DNA of 64,000 nucleotides, taken from an uncultured Acidobacteriota bacterium. Its GTDB lineage: Bacteria; Acidobacteriota; Terriglobia; Acidiferrales; UBA7541. The translations under genes were made by a program, and so were the position numbers. Shown here piece by piece: positions 54,689 to 62,555 of this stretch. The notes under the pieces are model-generated. The model did not search any database and was not told where the DNA came from. It worked only from the letters and a program-made list of their open reading frames with translations. How positions within the stretch are numbered: position 1 is the first letter of the stretch; each line of letters starts with the position of its first letter. The stretch lies in the NCBI GenBank assembly GCA_963781005.1, contig CAWADX010000002.1, positions 852,703-916,702 on the forward strand, read 5' to 3'.

Positions 54689-55905
54689 CTGTCGGCCGAC
54701 CCCGCCGCGGGCACCACCTGAGCCAGCACGTCTGCGAAGCGTTCAGCGATCACCGACCAATCATATCGGGCGGCCAACTCGGCAGCTGCGACGCCGTACC
54801 TCCGCCGAAGTTCCGGATCGCTGAGAAATGCGGCCACGGCATCGGCAAATCGTGCGGGGTGATCGGCCAACAAAATGTCATGGCCATCGTGGACCTCGAG
54901 CCCCTCGGCACCCACCGCGGTGGATACAACAGCCTTGCCCATCGCCATCGCTTCGTATACCTTGAGCCGAGTGCCGCCTCCCATGCGCAACGGCACAACA
55001 AACACCTGCGCCTCTTGCATGTGCTCGATCACGGAGGGGACGGTCCCCGTGACTTCGACGGAATCGGACGAAAGCTTCCTTACCTGGCGATGTGGATTGC
55101 GACCCACGATGCGAAATCGCGCTTCGGGCGCCCTGTTCAGGACCTTCGGCCAGATCTCGCGGCAAAAGTAGCTGACGCCGTCGATGTTAGGTTCAAAATT
55201 CATATCGCCAGTAAAGAGGACGAGCGCTCGCTTCAAAGCCGTATCTGACGCAACGGCTCGAAATCTTTCGATGTCAACGCCGGTTGGAATCACGCTGATG
55301 CGAGAAGGATCGGTCATGCTCGTCATCACGTCGCGGTCCCGATTGGAAACGGCGATGATGTGATGAAATCGGCGCACAGCCTCCCGCTCATAACGGAGCA
55401 TTTTCGCAGCCTCGATTTTGAACACCAGCTTCTTCGGCCAGTTCGACTCGACCTGCGCCTGGCGGCGCCACAGGACGCTTTCGACGTTGTGCTGGAAGAG
55501 CACGGTGGGCGTGGCCAAGTCCTGCGGGAAATTGAGAGATGCCGACAGGAAGTCACAAACTACGACGTCAAACCGTCTCTCACCGATCCACGAGGCGAGC
55601 CTATGCTGGACTTCGGGCGCGGTGAACTTGGCGACTGCGTATGGCGCACGGCAAGACAGCTTGCGCAGGTAATCGACGGACCGATCGAGTGGCCCCTCAT
55701 CGCGCGCTGCGGTGTAGATGGTAACCGCTCCTGGAAAATGGCTGCGGACCTCGCTCTCGTATGCTTCGTCGCGACTTCCGCCGTAATAGGACAGCACGGT
55801 GACCTCGTGTCGGCGGTCGAGTTGCCGCAGGATATGGTAGGTACGAATCCTGCCCCCGCTGTTCACAGGAAGTAGCTTCCCGGCCTTGACCCAGAGGATT
55901 CTCAT
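54685..55905 (-). CDS. glycosyltransferase family 4-like
   Basis: MRILWVKAGKLLPVNSGGRIRTYHILRQL N-terminus. FVVPLRMGGGTRLKVYEAMAMGKAVVST C-terminal motif. Confidence 0.75.
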   Translation of the reverse strand: MRILWVKAGKLLPVNSGGRIRTYHILRQLDRRHEVTVLSYYGGSRDEAYESEVRSHFPGAVTIYTAARDEGPLDRSVDYLRKLSCRAPYAVAKFTAPEVQHRLASWIGERRFDVVVCDFLSASLNFPQDLATPTVLFQHNVESVLWRRQAQVESNWPKKLVFKIEAAKMLRYEREAVRRFHHIIAVSNRDRDVMTSMTDPSRISVIPTGVDIERFRAVASDTALKRALVLFTGDMNFEPNIDGVSYFCREIWPKVLNRAPEARFRIVGRNPHRQVRKLSSDSVEVTGTVPSVIEHMQEAQVFVVPLRMGGGTRLKVYEAMAMGKAVVSTAVGAEGLEVHDGHDILLADHPARFADAVAAFLSDPELRRRYGVAAAELAARYDWSVIAERFADVLAQVVPAAGSADR

Positions 55906-56226
55906 CGCGCTGCGCGGCTCCCAGTAGATTTCTTGCGTAATGCGTCCGTCCGGGCAGGCTCCTGCCCGCTTACAGGGTCAGATGCCACCTGCGAGTAAAC
56001 ATCAACCAGCTTGTCCCTTTCGACGCTCTAAGAGACCGCAACGCACTAGTAGTATACAGGAGCCTCTAAACCATGTGATATTAGTAGGAAGCGACGATTT
56101 CTGCGGGCGTCTACCTTTGCCGCCACTTGGTGGTCGGGAACCATTGAACTCACGTGTCGGCAAAGATTGAGGAATGTACGAGATGCTGAAGCGTAACGTA
56201 GACCTTTGCTGCTACACCATACCGCC

Positions 56227-58059
56227 ATGAAGCCAACTCGTATGTTCTCGAGAATGATCCTCCCCGTGCGGCTTATTAGAGGTGAGAGATCCCGGTCGAA
56301 GAGGTACAGAGGCGGCCATCGGCTGCGTGGCGTCGGTGTCTTGCTTGTCCTTCTTTTTTTTGCCGGGAATCGGACCGCGAAAGGCCAGAGGACAGCTCCG
56401 GCGGATCCCGCCCTGTCGGGTTCCCACGGGGCGCTCCCCATACTGCCGAAACTTCCCCAGTTGCAAGTGAATGTCCTAATGCCGAACACGACGGGGTATC
56501 TGACGGTCAAGGTGCGCGCCGGGTCCGACCTGCAAAAGGCCATCAACAGTGCAAGTTGCAATCCGCATGGGACGATCCTGCAATTGCAGCATGGAGCCTC
56601 CTTCACCGGTGCGTTCAATCTGCCCAACAAGTCTTGCGCTCCTGGGCAGTGGATCCTGATCGAGTCCGATGCCTCGCCCAGCGTTTTGCCGGCAGCGGGT
56701 GTCCGGGTCAACCCCTCTGACACTCCCAACATGCCTACCATCATCGAGAATCAGTATGGAGTGCCAGCCTTCACGGTAGCCATGGCGGCCACCAACTATC
56801 GCCTGATGTTCCTGGAAATCAAGGTGTTGGAGACCTTGACGGCTGGTTCACCCGGGGCCATCGTGGCGATTGGGAGCGGAAGCAGTGCACAGAATACCGC
56901 CGCTCTTCAGCCCAGCAACATCATCCTAGACCGCGTCTACATCCATGGCAGCGACAATCCCCCGCTCAACACCCAGCGAGGGATCGAAATGGAGTGCCAA
57001 TACTGTGCGGTCATCAATTCCTACATCAGCGAGATTCATTGGGTAGGAGTCGAAGCCCAAGCTATCGCCGCCTATAACTCGACCGGTCCTTGGCTCGTGG
57101 ATAACAACTATCTTTCTGCGGCGGGAGAAAACATCCTGGTCGGTGGAGCGACTACGACGATTCCCAACGCCGTTCCTTCCGACCTTACCATCACTCACAA
57201 CTATTTCTTCAAGCCTTTGAGCTGGAACTACCGCGCCCTGGGGAAACCATCCGGATGTAGCGATTGTTGGACGGTCAAGAACATCCTGGAACTGAAGATC
57301 GCGCAGCGCGTTCTGATCCAGGCCAACGTTTTCGAGAACAACTGGGTAGACGCTCAAGATGGATTCGCATTCTTGATTACCCCGCGGTCCCAATTCGGTA
57401 CGGTGCCTTGGGCAGTCGTACAGGACGTGACGTTCACCTATAACATCATGCGTCACACCGCTAGTGGGATGAACATCGCTGGTCAAGATGCCGGCGACCC
57501 TCCTCAGTTGATTCGTGGCAAGCGCGTGCTGATTCAGAACAGCCTGTTTGACGACGTGAACGGCCCGGCTTACGGAGGAGGAGACGGAAGGCTCTTCCAG
57601 ATACTGGGCGCCGCCGATGCGATTACCATCGACCACAATACGGGGTTTCAGAGCGGCCCATTTGTAATGGTGGACGGCACCCCTACCACCAACTTCGTCT
57701 ATCAAAACAACCTCACCCCCCATAATCTGTACGGCGCCATCGGATCGGGCTTTGGACCAGGGATCCCCTCCTTGAACGCCTTCTTTCCAGGATATGTTTT
57801 CAGCTACAACGTCATTGAGAATATCCTGCCGAGCGGAGTACCAGTCTCCGCCTATCCGCCGAACAACTTCTTCCCGGTTACGTGGACCGGCGTGAGGTTT
57901 GCCAATCAAGCCGAGGGGGACTATCGGCTGTGCCAGCGGGCAGGCAACCCGGTAGCGAGCTGTCCCGGTGCCAGCCGGTACGCCAACTCGGGCAGCGACG
58001 CCAAGGACATTGGCGTGGATATCGCGGGCCTAAACACGGCGATCGCCGGAGTCATCTGA
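56227..58059 (+). CDS. membrane-anchored/secreted beta-helix-like protein, paralog of the C-terminal domain of 46666-50673
   Basis: Track ORF 56206..58059. Hydrophobic segment GVGVLLVLLFFAG. From CAPGQWILIESDASP onward it is colinear with the giant protein, including a long stretch of identical amino acids. Confidence 0.7.
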   Translation: MKPTRMFSRMILPVRLIRGERSRSKRYRGGHRLRGVGVLLVLLFFAGNRTAKGQRTAPADPALSGSHGALPILPKLPQLQVNVLMPNTTGYLTVKVRAGSDLQKAINSASCNPHGTILQLQHGASFTGAFNLPNKSCAPGQWILIESDASPSVLPAAGVRVNPSDTPNMPTIIENQYGVPAFTVAMAATNYRLMFLEIKVLETLTAGSPGAIVAIGSGSSAQNTAALQPSNIILDRVYIHGSDNPPLNTQRGIEMECQYCAVINSYISEIHWVGVEAQAIAAYNSTGPWLVDNNYLSAAGENILVGGATTTIPNAVPSDLTITHNYFFKPLSWNYRALGKPSGCSDCWTVKNILELKIAQRVLIQANVFENNWVDAQDGFAFLITPRSQFGTVPWAVVQDVTFTYNIMRHTASGMNIAGQDAGDPPQLIRGKRVLIQNSLFDDVNGPAYGGGDGRLFQILGAADAITIDHNTGFQSGPFVMVDGTPTTNFVYQNNLTPHNLYGAIGSGFGPGIPSLNAFFPGYVFSYNVIENILPSGVPVSAYPPNNFFPVTWTGVRFANQAEGDYRLCQRAGNPVASCPGASRYANSGSDAKDIGVDIAGLNTAIAGVI

Positions 58060-58089
58060 TCCCCAGCCCGTTCGGCCGCTGGAAAAGAA

Positions 58090-58262
58090 CCCCGAGCGCC
58101 GACCGTGGGTAGAAGACGCCGCCGCCATTCTTCTTCCTGCATCTCGTCAGATTGATGACTTCACAGGGAATTCCCTGCCGCAGGAGGAAATCACGCAGCG
58201 CCACAAGGTGGGTCTGGACTCCGCCGTGAGGCGGGGGGTAAGCACCGAGAAAAAGGGCTCTC
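58090..58262 (-). pseudogene. 5' fragment (~58 codons, start codon lost) of a GT4 gene homologous to 50767-51825
   Basis: LRALFLGAYPPPHGGVQTHLVALRDFLLRQGIPCEVINLTRCRKKNGGGVFYPRSALGVL, compared with MRVLFLGAYPPPHGGVQTHLVALRDFLVRQGISCEVINLTRYRKRDGGGVFYPRSALGVL. Confidence 0.7.
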
Positions 58263-58314
58263 AGGAGGATCAATTGACACCCACCCATCGAGTACCGTAC
58301 GCTCCAAGACAACA

Positions 58315-59136
58315 ATGGGGGTTCATATCGGTGCTTTCGGACTTTATCTGCGCGTTTTGCTCCTGGCTCTGCGGGTACTCGCGCGCGGACAGTTTGTCGA
58401 AGCTGCCAGACTGCTGATCGCGCCCATCGGATACTGGCGGTTTCTGCCTTTTGCCTACGTTTGGCGAGAATCTCAGCATTTTCCGAACCCGCAAATCTTG
58501 GACATCGGAAGCCCAAAAGTTCTTAGTATCTTGTTGGCCACAAAAACGCCGAATCACGTGTACGCGACAGACCTGGACGATGAAAAGATTTTCACACGTT
58601 GGCAGCGCCTCGCAGAAGCGCTGAAGCTGCGCAATCACGTGACTCAGTATCAAGATGCAAGAAGTCTCGACTACCCCAACGAGTCTTTTGAACTGATTTA
58701 TTCCATAAGTGTGATTGAACACATCCCCGAAAGCGGAGACACTGAGGCGTTGGGGGAGTGCTATCGCGTGCTCAAACCTGGCGGCATTTTGATAATCGAA
58801 GTCCCCTATCGAAAGGAGCGCGAAGAAATTTTCCTGAAATACGACAGTGCGGGCAGACCGAGCGAGCAACCGCAATTTTACGAGCGCCACTACGATGCGG
58901 ACTTGTTGAAGGAGCGCCTTGAGACAAAAGGGTTGAAAATAGTTCATAAAACTATTCTGGGCGAGTGGTTCCCCATTGATCCTTGGATCGCAACTGATCG
59001 GCTCCCTCGCTTTCTGCGCATAGCCGTGCTGCCGTTCGAACCCATCCTGGCAGCCTTCAACTATTGGGCGCGTACCGATGATTTGAAGGGACGCCCGCTC
59101 GCGGCCCTTATGGTCTACCAAAAGGCTTTGGCATGA
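58315..59136 (+). CDS. class I SAM-dependent methyltransferase
   Basis: ILDIGSPKV, SFELIYSISVIEHIP and VLKPGGILIIEVPY motifs. The antisense ORF 58270..59121 is rejected. Confidence 0.75.
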   Translation: MGVHIGAFGLYLRVLLLALRVLARGQFVEAARLLIAPIGYWRFLPFAYVWRESQHFPNPQILDIGSPKVLSILLATKTPNHVYATDLDDEKIFTRWQRLAEALKLRNHVTQYQDARSLDYPNESFELIYSISVIEHIPESGDTEALGECYRVLKPGGILIIEVPYRKEREEIFLKYDSAGRPSEQPQFYERHYDADLLKERLETKGLKIVHKTILGEWFPIDPWIATDRLPRFLRIAVLPFEPILAAFNYWARTDDLKGRPLAALMVYQKALA

Positions 59137-59304
59137 TCGCTTAATTATAGGTATACCCCTCAGTCAAAGTGGCACACATTTAGAGCATCACCCGGGTGGA
59201 TGGCTGCGTTGACTCAACAGCAGCGCGTCGCGTAACATTCAATCCGGTAACCGTCCTCTTTCAACCACATCCCGGCTCACTCCCCTTTAGCGGAGGAAGG
59301 CGAA

Positions 59305-61053
59305 ATGGACCGGACGTTCCGGATTGTCATCTATTCAGGTGCGCTTCCGAACACGCTCCGCCATTTTCTCTGGCGCTTGGACGCCGACCTGCCGGAAGTG
59401 CGGGTCAGTGGTGTTTTGTACTGCGTGCGGAAGCCTCAATTGTCGATGTCCAGAAGAACGCAAAGGTTCTTCCGACTTCTTCCCGACCGACAATTTCGAG
59501 CCCTTGTTTACCATAGACTTCGGACTCAGGCCCGCAGCAGGCTTGCCAGTATTTTCGATTCGTTATTGCAGACCGTTCATTGCTGCCCACAAGATCCCAA
59601 CGGGCCCATTTTGACGCTGGAAGCCCTGGCGCGGGATTGCGAGTCGCGTGGCACAAAGTTTTGCAGCACTAGCGAAGCCCACGGGGCACAGAGCCTATCG
59701 TTTGTCCGAAGTCTGGACGCAAACCTCGGGGTAATCTACGCGACTGGCATTCTGAAACCGGAGCTGTATGCCATTCCTACCAACGGTTCCATCAACATCC
59801 ACAAACACAAACTCCCAGAGTATAGAGGGAGCGGCCCGCCGGGTCTGTGGGAGATGCGCGACGACAAGACAACGGTGACTGTAACCGTTCATCGAGTCGT
59901 GCGGGCGGTCGACGCAGGCGCCATCCTGGGAGAACGCACATTCTCCATTGATCCGTTGGACTCGCTTGCCAGCGTTGGTCTGAAGGCCGACGTGTTGGGA
60001 ATTGACCTGTTGATTGATGTCATCCGAGCGGAGAGCGCCGGCCGCTCAGTCGAGACGCCACAGACAGAAGGGACGGTGTACAAAGGCTTCAAAGACCACC
60101 AGATCTTCGCTATCGAACGCAGCATCCGGGCGAAACGGGGGCGCTACCAGCCCTCTGGAATGCGACCGATCCCTAGCCTGGTCGCGCGGAGCTTGGCCTA
60201 TCCTGCACTTTACTTTCGAAATCGGCGGAGGCGGCGGCGAAGACGTTTCCCGATCATCATTCTCTATCACCATTTGATTGTCGATAAACCGAAGTTCCTT
60301 GGCCTCCCGACGGACCAGTTCGCCAGGCACGTGCGTTTCCTCAAGAAGCATTACCGAATCGCCTCGCTGCCCGAAGCCCTTGAAATGCTGCGGACAGGTG
60401 ACGTGCCGCTTCCGACCGTGGTGCTGACTTTTGACGACGGTTATGCGGAGAATTTCGTGACCCTTCGCGCGGTTGTGGAGGTCGAGGCCGTGCCCGTGAC
60501 CCTCTTTGTTTGCACGGAACGAGTTTCTCGCCAGGCGGCGTTCGATCACGACCTGAAAAGAAGCGAAGCCGGTTTCCTAGCGCTCAGTTGGGACCAGATA
60601 CGGTACTTCGACCGACATGGTGTGACAATCGGAAGCCATACCCGGAATCACCTCGATTGCGGCTCGACAGAGCTGAGCACCCTTGAGTCCGAGATCGTAG
60701 GTTCCAGCGACGACTTGCGCCGAGAATTAGGTCATGATGCGGATTTCTTTTCGTTCCCCCTAGGCCTCGAACCGAACATCTCCAAAGCAGCCCTTTCACT
60801 CGCTAGCCGGACGTATCGGTACACCTTCTCCGCCTTCGGCGGCGAGAACTACGCGTCTCCGGGAGACTCAGGACACCTGTATCGATGGCCCTATCCAGGT
60901 TCACTTTGGGAGTTAGAACTGTCGCTGCAGTCTGTCCTTGAGCTCGACGGAAATCGACGGGCGTCTGCCTTTGCCGCCACTGTGGTGGGTCCAGAAGCCG
61001 CGGACTCAGGGGCGGGAGAAGATATAGGCGAGCCACCAGCAGCCAGAACGTAG
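59305..61053 (+). CDS. fusion protein: formyltransferase-like N-terminal domain + polysaccharide deacetylase (NodB) domain
   Basis: SINIHKHKLPEYRGSGP...VDAGAIL carries the N/H/D triad pattern of Fmt/PurN-type transferases. A linker contains eight consecutive Arg. VVLTFDDGYAENF and TIGSHTRNHLDC are NodB motifs. Confidence 0.7.
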   Translation: MDRTFRIVIYSGALPNTLRHFLWRLDADLPEVRVSGVLYCVRKPQLSMSRRTQRFFRLLPDRQFRALVYHRLRTQARSRLASIFDSLLQTVHCCPQDPNGPILTLEALARDCESRGTKFCSTSEAHGAQSLSFVRSLDANLGVIYATGILKPELYAIPTNGSINIHKHKLPEYRGSGPPGLWEMRDDKTTVTVTVHRVVRAVDAGAILGERTFSIDPLDSLASVGLKADVLGIDLLIDVIRAESAGRSVETPQTEGTVYKGFKDHQIFAIERSIRAKRGRYQPSGMRPIPSLVARSLAYPALYFRNRRRRRRRRFPIIILYHHLIVDKPKFLGLPTDQFARHVRFLKKHYRIASLPEALEMLRTGDVPLPTVVLTFDDGYAENFVTLRAVVEVEAVPVTLFVCTERVSRQAAFDHDLKRSEAGFLALSWDQIRYFDRHGVTIGSHTRNHLDCGSTELSTLESEIVGSSDDLRRELGHDADFFSFPLGLEPNISKAALSLASRTYRYTFSAFGGENYASPGDSGHLYRWPYPGSLWELELSLQSVLELDGNRRASAFAATVVGPEAADSGAGEDIGEPPAART

Positions 61054-61603
61054 ATCGGTGCGGGAATCGGTATGTCTTTGCGGGCGATGGAATATGCGGA
61101 CACCCTTCACGAACGCTACAAGGGTAAGCGCCTGTTCACAGACGACAACATGGGGTTAGAATGGGGCCGCTGAGATTCGGTGCGGAGAAATGGAAGCCGA
61201 AAGCGCTTGGGGAATCGCCGATTCGAACCACGAAGAGGGGCCCGGAACTGGTCGCTTGGGTCTCGGCCACACCTTGCGTCCTCATCTGGTTACCGGCGGC
61301 AGCGGCTGTCCATGGGCTAGGAGTATGGGGACAACCGCAACCGTAGTGCTTCTTCCGGTACAGAAGAACGCGTTGCGCATCCCAAGGACTCGAAATAACA
61401 TATCGCAACTCGAAGGGTAATCGAGGCGGACCGGCCTTGTTTGGGGACTTGAGAATCCGAAAACATCAATGGCTTAGGTTGTCTGCATGCAGATTTGTCC
61501 TTGAAACCCCTAATGCGCAAGAAACTGGATGTAATTGCCGCCGGCCTTGGCGAAGGTTGCGCCGAAACCAAAACCCAGCCTCTCAGACACGGCATTTCCT
61601 ACC

Positions 61604-62404
61604 ATGGCTTTACGTAGAGAATGGCTGCTTCCGTTGACCCGAGCTGTCGTAAGACACGGCGCGGTCGGGCCGGTTTATGTCTTGGGCGACCAGACTACGT
61701 ATCTTACCGCTCAATATGTGCTTAGAGTTCTGAAGTCCAACGCACTCTTGCAGAAAAGTGTAGAAATCATTCCAGACCACATGTACACAAATTGCGCATC
61801 GTTGGAATCCGTCCTAGCCATGGTAGGGATCGAGGGATATCGCGACATCGATCTGAACGGACGAGCGGCACTGAATTTGGATTTTTCCTGCCCATTGCCC
61901 TCGTCCCTTTTTGGCGCAGCAGCGACCGTTATTGACATTGGGACGTTGGAGCACATCTTCGATATTGCGGCGACGTTTGGAAACATTGTCAAACTGCTAA
62001 GAAAGAACGGCATAGTAATTCTGCTTTCGCCTGTATCGTGGTTCGAGCACGGTTTCTTGAACTTCAATCCACTGCTTTTCAACGAGTTCTTCAGTTATAA
62101 CGGTTTCGAAATCCTGGACCACAAACTCATTGTCACGCCTTTTACGGACAATCTAAAGGAGATGTTGGCTGTAGTTAAGGTGAAGAGATCAATTGCAGAT
62201 TTGCTTGCCTCGTGGCTCTCCGCAATCTCGTTCACGATAAGTGACGAGCGATATGCATTTCGCCTCTTTAACAGCAATATCGCCATGCTAGCAAGAATGA
62301 TGTTCCTGTTTGTGGCTCGTAAGACCAACGATTCAGTATCTCCAAAGATTCCTGTACAGGGAGTGCACCTCACTTCGCTTGGGCGGTCTTTACATTCAGC
62401 ATAA
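61604..62404 (+). CDS. methyltransferase-like hypothetical protein
   Basis: Track ORF 61535..62404 trimmed to ATG 61604. VIDIGTLEHIFD and LLRKNGIVILLSP resemble class I methyltransferase motifs. The segment is clearly AT-richer. Confidence 0.5.
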   Translation: MALRREWLLPLTRAVVRHGAVGPVYVLGDQTTYLTAQYVLRVLKSNALLQKSVEIIPDHMYTNCASLESVLAMVGIEGYRDIDLNGRAALNLDFSCPLPSSLFGAAATVIDIGTLEHIFDIAATFGNIVKLLRKNGIVILLSPVSWFEHGFLNFNPLLFNEFFSYNGFEILDHKLIVTPFTDNLKEMLAVVKVKRSIADLLASWLSAISFTISDERYAFRLFNSNIAMLARMMFLFVARKTNDSVSPKIPVQGVHLTSLGRSLHSA

Positions 62405-62555
62405 TAAAGATGCTTCTACTGCCCTCTCGGCAGTGTGCCTCCGCTCGGATACCCCTCCAGAGGGGGCATTATGCTGGTATCCTCTGGGAACGATGATCCC
62501 ATTTAATAAGGGAATTACCACTAACACAGACGGAGATTACAGAGGGAAGGCAGAA

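Noticed and set aside
58270-59121. Minus-strand ORF of 283 aa opposite the methyltransferase gene.
   Set aside because: The plus-strand frame has the SAM-binding and post-motif blocks of class I methyltransferases. The antisense frame has none.
61215-61240. GATTCGAACC string resembling the reverse complement of a tRNA T-loop.
   Set aside because: The flanking bases do not form a T-stem or an acceptor stem, and I could not build a cloverleaf.
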